NCBI GenBank assembly: GCA_024276425.1
Contig: JAJRXF010000102.1
Coordinates: forward strand, 20,536-84,535
Length of the DNA stretch: 64,000 nucleotides
Reading direction: 5' to 3'
Source: Actinomycetes bacterium
Lineage (GTDB): Bacteria > Actinomycetota > Acidimicrobiia > Acidimicrobiales > SZUA-35
A program made the translations under genes and the position numbers. The notes beneath the pieces are model-generated. The model saw only the letters and a list, made by a program, of their open reading frames with translations, did not search any database and was not told the DNA's origin. Below are positions 46,055-54,630 of the stretch, in pieces (within the stretch, counting starts at the first letter, position 1; each line of letters starts with the position of its first letter).

Positions 46055-46960
46055 CTAGTAGCCGAGGCGCTCCACGGATTCCTCATCATGCTGCCAGTTC
46101 TTGTCCACCGTGACGAACAGGTCCAAATAGACCTCATCAGGTAGTTGTCGCCGAGCCCGAATTCCAACTTCTTTGAGTACCGAGCCCCCCTTTCCGATCA
46201 CGATCCCCTTCTGCGAGTCTCGCTCAACCAGTATCTCAACGCGAATTCGCGGCCATTCCCATTCTGTCACCCGAGTAGCGACGGAATGTGGAACCTCGTC
46301 TCTGGTTACCCGCAAGAGTTGTTCTCGCACTAACTCCGCCACCCACTGAGGTTCTGGAGTGTCGGTAATCTGATCCTCGGGGTACCAGTGGGGGCCCTCG
46401 GGCATCCGCTCCGCCAAGTGTTCGAGCAATGCCGCAAGGCCTTTCCCGGTTTGAGCCGATACGGGAAAGTAGGCGGAGGCGTTGAGGCTGGAGACCTTCA
46501 AGAGTTGCTCAGCCACACGGCCATGATCTAGTCCATCGATTTTGTTGACCACGACAATCGTCGATTTGGGTTCAAGGTTTCCCGCCAGGAATTCATCACC
46601 ACGGCCATATCCACTTCTGCCATCGACAACAAAGCAGACCAAGTCGACCCCCGAACTTGCATCGGAGGCTGTGGCGTTGAGCCTCCTGTTCAAGGCTGTC
46701 CGGGGTTTACCAACGCCGGGGGTGTCCACAAAGATGATCTGAGAGGCCTTCGTGGTGCGGACGCCACGAATCTGGTGCCTCGTCGTATGGGCCTTGTTTG
46801 ATGTAATCGAAATCTTACGGCCCACCATCTTGTTTAGGAGTGTGGACTTCCCAACGTTGGGGCGTCCAAAGAGGGTGACAAACCCCGACCGGAACTTCTC
46901 CGAACCTTTCGAATCGAGAGCGTCGGGGAGTTGTTCTGAGCTGCCTGGCTTGTTATTCAT
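46055..46960 (-). CDS. era: GTPase Era
   Basis: G1 GRPNVGKSTLLN, G3 DTPG, G4 NKID and a C-terminal KH domain. Confidence 0.93.
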   Translation of the reverse strand: MNNKPGSSEQLPDALDSKGSEKFRSGFVTLFGRPNVGKSTLLNKMVGRKISITSNKAHTTRHQIRGVRTTKASQIIFVDTPGVGKPRTALNRRLNATASDASSGVDLVCFVVDGRSGYGRGDEFLAGNLEPKSTIVVVNKIDGLDHGRVAEQLLKVSSLNASAYFPVSAQTGKGLAALLEHLAERMPEGPHWYPEDQITDTPEPQWVAELVREQLLRVTRDEVPHSVATRVTEWEWPRIRVEILVERDSQKGIVIGKGGSVLKEVGIRARRQLPDEVYLDLFVTVDKNWQHDEESVERLGY

Positions 46961-48279
46961 TTGGAGGCTGGTTCTCCGGACTGTTCCTCAGAGGGCTGAT
47001 TGATCTGAGGTACGGAACTCGTTGGACCTCCATCTACCTGGAGGATACGAACCCGCGTAATTCGTCTTCCCTGGACTCGCTCAACCAGGAGAACGTAGCC
47101 ATCACAATCACGGGTCTCACCTTCGCGCGGAACTCGTCCGAACTGATCAAAGACCAACCCACCAACGGTGTCCCAATCGCCACTGGGCAGTTCTAGGCCA
47201 GCCAGATCATTTAGTTCATCAATGAGCATCCGCCCATCCACTCGAAGGGTGCCATCGGGCTGGCGTTCGACCAGTTGCTCCTCGACGTCATACTCATCAA
47301 CAATCTCACCCACTATTTCTTCAATGAGATCCTCAAGGGTCACCAGACCAGCAATTCCCCCGTACTCATCCACAACAACCGCCATGTGGAAGCTGTCTCG
47401 CTGCATCTCCCGTAGGAGGGGAGCTACCTTTTTTGTTTCGGGGACAAACCTTGGGGGACGGAGCAGTTCACCCACCATTGCATCGTCCCGATCATCCAGT
47501 TCGGCCCGGATTAGATCCTTCACATAGGCCAGCCCAACAATGTCGTCGATGTTTTCCCCGGTGACTGGTACACGAGAGAACCCGGCTTGTGAGGTGATCT
47601 CAAGGGCACCAGCCACACTTAGGTTGGCCTCGATGGTAGTCATGTCCGTTCGTGGAATCATGACCTCCCGGACAATTGTCTCGCCAAACTCAATAACCGA
47701 CTCGATGAGATCTCGTTCGCTTTCCTCAAGTACATCATCCTCGAACGCGGCGTCGGCCAGCGCAATGAGTTCTTCGGGCAGGGAGAAGGGTCCAGTTTTG
47801 ATGCCCTTGCCGGGCACAATCACGTTGGATAGACCAATGAGAAATCGGGCCACTAATCTGACCGGACCAAAGCCGACGAAGAATGCAACCGGGCCAGCCA
47901 AGGCTAGGGCTGCTCGGTCGGCATGCAGAATGCCAAGTGTGCGGGGGACCGCCTCGGCCACCACAAAGAGCAAACAGCCATTGAGCACCAGGACCAAGGC
48001 CACACCAGCACGTCCAAACTGTTGTGCCGCGAGCAAGGCCACCACCGAAGCCTCCGCAAGATGCATCAACAAGATGACCAGCCGGAGGGGATTCAAGATG
48101 TTTTGCGGTTCCTCTAGCAACCGAGTCACCCTGGAGCGGCGGCGCTCCGACTCGTCTTCGAGACTTGCGATTCTTACGGTGCTGGTGGCGCTCAACGCGC
48201 TCTCGGCTATGACCAGGACCATGACCAACAGGAGAAGGACAACCACCGCCAGAAGACCAGAAAACGTGCCAAGTGTCAT
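46957..48279 (-). CDS. CNNM/TlyC/CorC-type protein (DUF21 + CBS pair + CorC_HlyC)
   Basis: N-terminal TM DUF21, CBS pair (VMIPRTDM...), C-terminal transporter-associated domain. 4-nt overlap with era. Confidence 0.9.
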   Translation of the reverse strand: MTLGTFSGLLAVVVLLLLVMVLVIAESALSATSTVRIASLEDESERRRSRVTRLLEEPQNILNPLRLVILLMHLAEASVVALLAAQQFGRAGVALVLVLNGCLLFVVAEAVPRTLGILHADRAALALAGPVAFFVGFGPVRLVARFLIGLSNVIVPGKGIKTGPFSLPEELIALADAAFEDDVLEESERDLIESVIEFGETIVREVMIPRTDMTTIEANLSVAGALEITSQAGFSRVPVTGENIDDIVGLAYVKDLIRAELDDRDDAMVGELLRPPRFVPETKKVAPLLREMQRDSFHMAVVVDEYGGIAGLVTLEDLIEEIVGEIVDEYDVEEQLVERQPDGTLRVDGRMLIDELNDLAGLELPSGDWDTVGGLVFDQFGRVPREGETRDCDGYVLLVERVQGRRITRVRILQVDGGPTSSVPQINQPSEEQSGEPASK

Positions 48280-48347
48280 CGCTGTTCCAGTGTCATCGCT
48301 GTTCCAGTGTCATCGCTGTTCCAGTGTCATCGCTGTTCCAGTGTCAT
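48273..48347. repeat. 17-nt x4.4 tandem repeat (GTGTCATCGCTGTTCCA) spanning the CNNM start codon
   Basis: Identical copies at 48273, 48290, 48307 and 48324, plus a partial copy at 48341. Each copy carries CAT (ATG on the minus strand). Confidence 0.92.
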
Positions 48348-48357
48348 TTGATGAGAA

Positions 48358-48810
48358 TCATTCGGCGATGGGATGGGAGAATCCAAGAGCAGCCAACATC
48401 TGCCGTTCTGCACGCTGCATTATCAGCGCGTCTTCGTCCTCGGCATGGTCATGACCAAGAATATGCAGAACTCCGTGAATAGTAAGAAGAGCGAATTCGG
48501 CCTCCTCAGTCCCGGCATGATCGAGCATCTGTCCTCGCGCCATTGCTGGGCAGATGACAACATCACCCAAATGAAGGGGAACATCCCCATGATCCTTGGC
48601 CTCATCCAGGGGAAATGAGAGCACGTCGGTTGGGCCCGACTGCCCCATATGAATCCGATTGAGCCGAGCCATCTCATCTTCACCAACGAAGAGAATGTCG
48701 AGGTGTCCAAGCGTCACGCCCTGAGCGGTCAAGGTTCGTAGCGCCACCTTGCTCCAACGCCTAACGTCAACCGAATCACCATCCATTGCGAGGTCTTCGC
48801 CGCGCACCAC
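48358..48810 (-). CDS. ybeY: Endoribonuclease YbeY (rRNA maturation)
   Basis: HGVLHILGHDH zinc motif. GTG 48810 is preceded by GGGGAGG (8-nt spacer) and gives (M)VRGEDLAMDGDSVDV, aligning with actinobacterial YbeY N-termini. The longer track ORF (to 48972) overlaps phoH. Confidence 0.88.
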   Translation of the reverse strand: MVRGEDLAMDGDSVDVRRWSKVALRTLTAQGVTLGHLDILFVGEDEMARLNRIHMGQSGPTDVLSFPLDEAKDHGDVPLHLGDVVICPAMARGQMLDHAGTEEAEFALLTIHGVLHILGHDHAEDEDALIMQRAERQMLAALGFSHPIAE

Positions 48811-48853
48811 CAGCCCACCCTCCCCTACCTGACACGTGAGAGTTCGAGTCGGG

Positions 48854-49804
48854 TTATGAGGATCTTCGAGCATCGTGTTGTTCGTAGGCATCAACAATGT
48901 CTTGCACAATCCGGTGACGTACGACGTCCCGAGATCCAAGCTTAACGAATCCCATGCCTTTGATCCCTTCAAGGATGCGTTGGGTTCCCATCAAGCCACT
49001 TCGGCCGCCAGAGATGTCCACCTGCGTAACATCGCCGGTCACAACAACCTTGGAGTTGAAGCCAATCCTGGTTAGGAACATTTTCATCTGCTCTGGAGTG
49101 GTGTTCTGAGCTTCGTCGAGGATGATGAAGCTGTCGTTGAGCGTTCGGCCTCGCATGAAGGCCAGGGGAGCCACCTCCACAGTGTTTTTCTCCAGCATCT
49201 TGGCCAACCCCTCGACCCCAACCATGTCTTGGAGGGCATCGTACAGGGGCCGAAGATAGGGATCGACTTTCGACATGAGGTCACCCGGCAAATACCCGAG
49301 TCGTTCACCCGCCTCAACCGCGGGCCGAGTAAGCAGGATTCGCTCGACATCTTTCGCCTGTAGAGCATTCACTGCGCACGCCACCGCTAGCCAACTCTTG
49401 CCCGTACCAGCCGGGCCGATGCCAAATGTGACCATGTTCGTGCGAATCGCATCGATGTAGGCCTTCTGCCCCGCCGTCTTTGGTCGAACCGGTTTACCGC
49501 GGTAAGTCGTCACCACTCGGTCGGTCAAAACCTCAGACGGGCGATGATTGGCCCGAACCATGTGAATGGCCCTTTCAACCATCGCACTGTCCAAGCCCTG
49601 CCCTCCCTGGAGAATCAAGATGAGCTCTTCCAGGACCAGGGCCGTTTCTGCAGCCGCCTGACCTTCGATGTGGATGACATTGCCGCGAGCCAGAATCTTG
49701 GAGTCGAAATTGGCTTCGACTACGCGAAGGTATCCGTCTCGTTCTCCAAGTAGGCCGAGCATCAACTCGTTACTCGGGACTTGGATTTCGACTCGTTGAA
49801 CCAT
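48854..49804 (-). CDS. phoH: PhoH-like ATPase
   Basis: Walker A GPAGTGKSWLAVA, LTRPAVEAGERLGYLPG and FIILDEAQN. Start uncertain: ATG 49804 was chosen because the track start 49921 would overlap the divergent gene. Confidence 0.88.
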   Translation of the reverse strand: MVQRVEIQVPSNELMLGLLGERDGYLRVVEANFDSKILARGNVIHIEGQAAAETALVLEELILILQGGQGLDSAMVERAIHMVRANHRPSEVLTDRVVTTYRGKPVRPKTAGQKAYIDAIRTNMVTFGIGPAGTGKSWLAVACAVNALQAKDVERILLTRPAVEAGERLGYLPGDLMSKVDPYLRPLYDALQDMVGVEGLAKMLEKNTVEVAPLAFMRGRTLNDSFIILDEAQNTTPEQMKMFLTRIGFNSKVVVTGDVTQVDISGGRSGLMGTQRILEGIKGMGFVKLGSRDVVRHRIVQDIVDAYEQHDARRSS

Positions 49805-49882
49805 GGGTTCTGGAAGCGTACTCGGACAGGAGGCCAGCTCGCGAACGAATTCCTTCGTTGCCACGGCCGCTGAACGTCTTAT

Positions 49883-50965
49883 ATGATGGTAAGCCTCGGG
49901 CTTGTGGCCCCGCATGACCAAACCTCGTTCTTGCAGGAGTTGTTCGTGGCTACCCGAGTTTCGCTAGAGCCAATGCCAGACGGAAGAATCGCCGTACTCA
50001 AGACGGTCCTTGACGGTGACAAGGCCGACCGCCAGGCCGAGGCCGCGTGGCTGGCCAAGGCCCGCCATCGCGGGGTAGTCAGACTGCTCGGAATAACCGT
50101 GAACCCAGTCGTAATCCGAACCCTCCACGCTGGTGGCACCACAATGCGTACCGAGAACCCAGCACCCGAGGTTGCCTGCCACTTGCTCACCGATGCCGCC
50201 GTGACCCTGGCCGACCTTCACGATCGCGGCCTGGTTCATGGCCAAATCACACTGGATCATCTGGTGGTAAGCGAGCATCACATCACCTTGTGTAGTCCCA
50301 GCGGTACTGGCTCCGACAAGGCTGAGGATCTCGCTGCGCTTGGACGTTGTGTGACCACGCTGCTCGAGCGTTGGGCGAACACCAAGACTTCAGTACCTCA
50401 CCCCCAAGACTGGGAACGGCTGGCTCAGCATTTGACTGAACCAAGGGAGGGCTATTCGGCCCGCCGCGCAGCCCGTGAATTGGCGCGTCTCAGTGGCCAC
50501 ATCGAGGGGACACGGCTCTCTGGCGATAGAGCGGCCTCAAACTTGTCACGAGATGATGGTGGCCTCAAGCACCCCAACGGCTTGCTCATTGGTTCGATGG
50601 TTGCCTTCGTCGCCATGTCAGGGCTCTGGTTCTTTCGTCCCGAGCCCACTCCTAGCGGCCTCGACGGACCCCAGATCCAACTAGGGACCGACCTGTACCG
50701 GATCGAGGGCGAACCAAGCGACCAGGCCAGTGCGCTCGGAGCCTCATGTGCGGATCCGGCCGACGAGGTTCCCGGCCAGGCCGCAGTCTTTCTGGACACA
50801 TCGTCCGGTACGGTCTGGCACTTTGCCAGCCCCACTTCACCAGCAGAGCCCCTTGCAGTCGTGCCGGGAGCCACAGACCTCCAACCCAGCGGATGTGAGT
50901 CCATCCTGATCGAAGGCCCGGCCGGTCAAGTCGAAATCGACCTGCCAGCCAGCGCGACGAACTAG
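49883..50965 (+). CDS. Membrane protein with an N-terminal degenerate protein-kinase-like (pseudokinase) domain
   Basis: RIAVLK (VAIK-like), AEAAWLAKARHRGVVRLLG, LHDRGLVHGQITLDHLVV (HRDxKxxN replaced by HGQxTxxH), no DFG. Followed by one TM segment and a ~115-aa exterior domain. Confidence 0.55.
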   Translation: MMVSLGLVAPHDQTSFLQELFVATRVSLEPMPDGRIAVLKTVLDGDKADRQAEAAWLAKARHRGVVRLLGITVNPVVIRTLHAGGTTMRTENPAPEVACHLLTDAAVTLADLHDRGLVHGQITLDHLVVSEHHITLCSPSGTGSDKAEDLAALGRCVTTLLERWANTKTSVPHPQDWERLAQHLTEPREGYSARRAARELARLSGHIEGTRLSGDRAASNLSRDDGGLKHPNGLLIGSMVAFVAMSGLWFFRPEPTPSGLDGPQIQLGTDLYRIEGEPSDQASALGASCADPADEVPGQAAVFLDTSSGTVWHFASPTSPAEPLAVVPGATDLQPSGCESILIEGPAGQVEIDLPASATN

Positions 50966-50985
50966 GACAACAGAATCAAGCGAGG

Positions 50986-51507
50986 TCAGGAAGTAGATGG
51001 AACGCGAGCAAGCCCCAGGTCGGCCAACCGATCGATGGCATGTTCAAAGTTGACACCGAGGATGCATGCCACTGCTCGCAGATCATCCTGGCGAACGGTA
51101 AGTACCCGACCGTTGAAGTCTTGACGCTGCACTTGGATCATGCCTAGGTAGCGGGCCAGCATCTCGCCTTCGGGACCAGCAACCGAATCAAGCTGGGTGA
51201 GATCCAGGGTGACGCCTGCTCGGCCGGTCAGGTCAATAGCGCCGGGGGTAATCCCAACCGTAGTTGCCCGTGGCAACAGCTGATCGATGGGCACATTGTA
51301 AAATGTGGCTAACCGCTCGAGTCGGGGGACGGAGATTGCTCGTTCGCCTCGCTCGTAGGCGCCAAGCACCGACGCCTTGAACTCCTGGTCCGACGCCGCC
51401 TCAACATCTTGCAGCGAGAACCGCTTCTGGCGCCGAATGGCGCGCAAGCGTTCCCCTACTCGGCGACCGTATTCTGACGTTGCGTCACTGAAATCGTCCT
51501 CGACCAT
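50986..51507 (-). CDS. XRE-family helix-turn-helix transcriptional regulator with a C-terminal domain
   Basis: HTH segment GERLRAIRRQKRFSLQDVEAASDQEFKASVLGAYERGERAISVPRLERLATFYNV. ATG 51507 is preceded by AAGGAGAGG. Confidence 0.8.
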   Translation of the reverse strand: MVEDDFSDATSEYGRRVGERLRAIRRQKRFSLQDVEAASDQEFKASVLGAYERGERAISVPRLERLATFYNVPIDQLLPRATTVGITPGAIDLTGRAGVTLDLTQLDSVAGPEGEMLARYLGMIQVQRQDFNGRVLTVRQDDLRAVACILGVNFEHAIDRLADLGLARVPSTS

Positions 51508-51731
51508 GCCTCTCCTTGACCAGCGTTCGTAGAAGTCTGGCCCCACGCAGTGACAGCCAAGCTAGTCGCCACTCAGCGCGTGTTCAACCACCCTTGGTGT
51601 TCATTGTCACCTACGGACGGACTAACACCGTGGGCCCTTTGACTCAAACTTGCCTACGCAAGAGTCAAACCGGGCCACGAACACCTCAGAATCAACTCCT
51701 TGGATGGCCATGAAGGTAGCTACTTGACCAT

Positions 51732-52451
51732 CTATATAGCTTCACCTAAATCGCGACGCCATCGTGACTCACAGGCCAGAACCGCCGCGGCCACAACCGC
51801 AGTCTCCGTCCGCAGGATGTGCCCCGGCAGGCCGACCAGAGGAGCAAGTTCTGACTCGGCTTGGCTCCATCCTCCTTCTGGCCCAACGAGCACAAGACTG
51901 GATTGTTTGCCATCCGGAGAGTGAAAACTCCTCCCGGCCGGATCCGCCAATCCGACTACTAGACCATCTGCACTCGCCTTCGTGACGGCATCGGCAACAG
52001 AACGGGGAGATTCAACATCGGGTAGCCAGACTCGCTTGCACTGCATTGCCGCTTCGCGTGCGGCCCTGGCCAGGCGGTTATCCAGGGAGACTCGCTTCTT
52101 TCGATCCAGACGGACCACAGAGCGATCAGCCAGTAGAGGCTGAATACAGTCAACACCCAACTCGGTCAACTTCTGGATCATCCACTCGGTTTTGATGGCC
52201 TTGACCGGGGTTAATCCAATCGCTACCCGAGGATGAGGTCTGCGTATCGTGCGCACCTCGGAGATCGGTTCAAACCCGGTCCCCAATAGGCCAAGCCGAT
52301 AGCTCCCTCGGCCGTCACTAGCAGCAATGCTCGCTCCATCACGGAGACGCAGTGAGGCACGCAAGTGTCGCAGATCCCGCTCAAGAATCTCCGGGACTTG
52401 TAGGTCTTGCACGAAAACTAGCGGCAGCGATCGAAGTTCGGCCACAGACAC
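51732..52451 (-). CDS. rsmE: 16S rRNA (uracil1498-N3)-methyltransferase
   Basis: RsmE layout with C-terminal LVGPEGGWSQAE. Sits in the conserved position after dnaJ. Confidence 0.88.
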   Translation of the reverse strand: MSVAELRSLPLVFVQDLQVPEILERDLRHLRASLRLRDGASIAASDGRGSYRLGLLGTGFEPISEVRTIRRPHPRVAIGLTPVKAIKTEWMIQKLTELGVDCIQPLLADRSVVRLDRKKRVSLDNRLARAAREAAMQCKRVWLPDVESPRSVADAVTKASADGLVVGLADPAGRSFHSPDGKQSSLVLVGPEGGWSQAESELAPLVGLPGHILRTETAVVAAAVLACESRWRRDLGEAI

Positions 52452-52469
52452 GCCAAGGACCCCTGCCGT

Positions 52470-53582
52470 CTAATTGAACGCCGACTTGATCTTGGAAAAG
52501 ATGCCGCCCTCGGCCGGGCCCTTAACCGACTCATCACGCCGTTCGGCCAGTTGTCGAAGCAACCCTTCCTCTTCCTCGCTTAGCTTCGTTGGGGTATCCA
52601 CCACCAGAGTAAGCTCCAAATCTCCACGCCCCCGGCCCCGCAATCGGGGAACTCCCGCACCCCGGATTGTGAAAACGTGACCCGACTGCGAACCGGCTGG
52701 AACATCGACATCGCAAACATCATCGATCGTCTGGAAACTGATCACCGTTCCGAGAGCTGCTTGGGTCATAGCAACATGCATGTCGGCAAAGAGGGTGTCT
52801 TGTTCCCGAGAGAATACCTCGTGGGAGCGAACCTGGATTTCGACGTAGAGGTCGCCGGCCCCTCCGCCTCGTGGACCGACGGCGCCGCGGCCGGTCAGCC
52901 GCAATGTCGACCCAGCAGAGACCCCAGCCGGAATATCAACGGTGTAGGTCCGCTCATCAATTGTGCGACCCTCACCCGCACATTCGTTACACGGAGAGGT
53001 GATGATCTGGCCATCGCCACCACAGGTGGGGCAGGCTACTGTCGTGACCATCTGCCCAAGGATGGACTGCCTGACTTGGCGAACCTGGCCCATTCCGTTG
53101 CACTCGCCACAGGTCAAGACTTCGGCCCCATCCTGGGCTCCGGTTGCTTGGCAGGCGTCACAAGCGACCGCGGTTCGCACCGTAACGTCCTTCGCCACCC
53201 CGCTAACAGTCTCTTCAAGAGTCAACTCGACTGCGTACTGAAGGTCACTCCCCTGTGTGCTTCTTGATCCAGCTTGATTGAACCCAGACTGGGTAAAGAA
53301 CGCATCGAACAGGTCGCCAAGTCCTCCACCGAAGGCAGACCCCGCTCCCCCGCCGAATCCCTGTGGGCCACCAGCCGAACCGAAGCGGTCGAAGTTCGCC
53401 CTTTTCTGTGGATCACCAAGAACCTCATAGGCCTCGGCGATCTGCTTGAACCTGGCCTCGGCCGCAGGATCGTCCGGATTGGCGTCGGGATGAAGCTGCC
53501 TAGCCAGTTTCCGGTAGGCCTTCTTGATCTCTTCGGGGGATGCCCCGCGGTCAACCCCGAGTAACTGGTAATAGTCGGACAC
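52470..53582 (-). CDS. dnaJ: Molecular chaperone DnaJ
   Basis: J domain [31 protein letters not shown], a G/F region and four CxxCxGxG zinc motifs. Confidence 0.95.
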   Translation of the reverse strand: MSDYYQLLGVDRGASPEEIKKAYRKLARQLHPDANPDDPAAEARFKQIAEAYEVLGDPQKRANFDRFGSAGGPQGFGGGAGSAFGGGLGDLFDAFFTQSGFNQAGSRSTQGSDLQYAVELTLEETVSGVAKDVTVRTAVACDACQATGAQDGAEVLTCGECNGMGQVRQVRQSILGQMVTTVACPTCGGDGQIITSPCNECAGEGRTIDERTYTVDIPAGVSAGSTLRLTGRGAVGPRGGGAGDLYVEIQVRSHEVFSREQDTLFADMHVAMTQAALGTVISFQTIDDVCDVDVPAGSQSGHVFTIRGAGVPRLRGRGRGDLELTLVVDTPTKLSEEEEGLLRQLAERRDESVKGPAEGGIFSKIKSAFN

Positions 53583-53585
53583 TAC

Positions 53586-54581
53586 TTAACCTTCGCTCAA
53601 TCGATGGCCGAGTTGGCGGCTAACCACAGCAACCGCAGCAATGGCCTGGGGATAGTTCATGCGTGTAGGACCAAGCACACCGATGGAGCCTGCGGGCTCG
53701 CCGTCGATCTGAAAGGGAGCAACGACAACGCTGCACTCTTCCATTCGATCGATGCCGGTCTCGGTCCCGATTGCGACTCGTAGGCCACGATCAAGGACAT
53801 CGCTCATCACGTTAACCACAACAAGTTGCTGCTCCAGAATGGTTAGCACCCGCTGGACAGATTCGACCGCCTCAAATGACGTCACCACCCGAGACGCTCC
53901 ATCGACGTACACATGATCGGGTTCATCGGTCCAACTGCTCAACGATCGAAGTACCTCGGCGGCCAAAGCATCAAGCCGCTTCGACCCCACCGACCCCAAG
54001 GGTGTTGGCTTCGTCAGCGTGTTTCCCTCCAACGAGGCCGCAACCAGGCGACCAATCGAGTCGACATCTTCTCCGCTCACCTCCTCTGCGAACTGAAATG
54101 TCTCCTTCTCGATGGCTCCGTTGGCCAGTACGACAACAGCGAGGGCTACGGTCGGCCCTAAGGGCACGAGCTGGAAGGAGCGTACACAGACCGAGTCTGT
54201 GGAGTGGTCAACGACAACTGCAGCATATTCGGTCATGTTACTCAAGAGCCCAGCCGTGTCCCGAAGTAGGTGTTCAAGCTCACCACGGATTTGTTGAAAA
54301 AAGTCGATCACTCGGGTGTTTTCTAGCCGAGGCAACTGATGCTCAGTCATGTTGTCAACGAAGTAGCGATAGCCGCGATCGGTTGGAACCCGACCAGCGC
54401 TGGTGTGAGGCTGGTGGAGAAATCCATCACTTTCTAGGGCGGCCATGTCGTTGCGAATAGTGGCCGAGGAAACCTTCATTGTCGTGGCAGCCGCGACCGC
54501 GGTGCTTCCGACCGGCTGCGCGGTCTCGATGTACTCCTCGACCACGGTCCGGAGAATTGCGGCTTTACGTTCATCCAACAT
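53586..54581 (-). CDS. hrcA: Heat-inducible transcription repressor HrcA
   Basis: MLDERKAAILRTVVEEYIETAQPVGS winged-helix N-terminus. 331 aa, located upstream of dnaJ. Confidence 0.93.
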   Translation of the reverse strand: MLDERKAAILRTVVEEYIETAQPVGSTAVAAATTMKVSSATIRNDMAALESDGFLHQPHTSAGRVPTDRGYRYFVDNMTEHQLPRLENTRVIDFFQQIRGELEHLLRDTAGLLSNMTEYAAVVVDHSTDSVCVRSFQLVPLGPTVALAVVVLANGAIEKETFQFAEEVSGEDVDSIGRLVAASLEGNTLTKPTPLGSVGSKRLDALAAEVLRSLSSWTDEPDHVYVDGASRVVTSFEAVESVQRVLTILEQQLVVVNVMSDVLDRGLRVAIGTETGIDRMEECSVVVAPFQIDGEPAGSIGVLGPTRMNYPQAIAAVAVVSRQLGHRLSEG

Positions 54582-54587
54582 GTTGAG

Positions 54588-54614
54588 CTGGCAGTCTATC
54601 TAGTGGAGTGCGTA
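54588..54614. promoter_or_regulatory. Degenerate CIRCE-like element upstream of hrcA
   Basis: On the minus strand TACGCACTC-N9-GACTGCCAG versus consensus TTAGCACTC-N9-GAGTGCTAA (13/18, correct N9 spacing), 7 nt upstream of the hrcA ATG. Confidence 0.35.
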
Positions 54615-54630
54615 GCGAAGAACAGGGGGG

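Noticed and set aside
48273-48347. The tandem repeats at 48273, 22531, 11805 and 42985, considered as CRISPR arrays
   Set aside because: The repeats are directly abutting (no spacers), the units are 12-24 nt, and no cas genes are present. They are simple tandem repeats.
51638-51669. The palindrome upstream of the XRE regulator, considered as an HspR HAIR element
   Set aside because: The HAIR consensus is CTTGAGT-N7-ACTCAAG. Here the arms are TTTGACTC/GAGTCAAA with 16-nt spacing, which is a different sequence and geometry.
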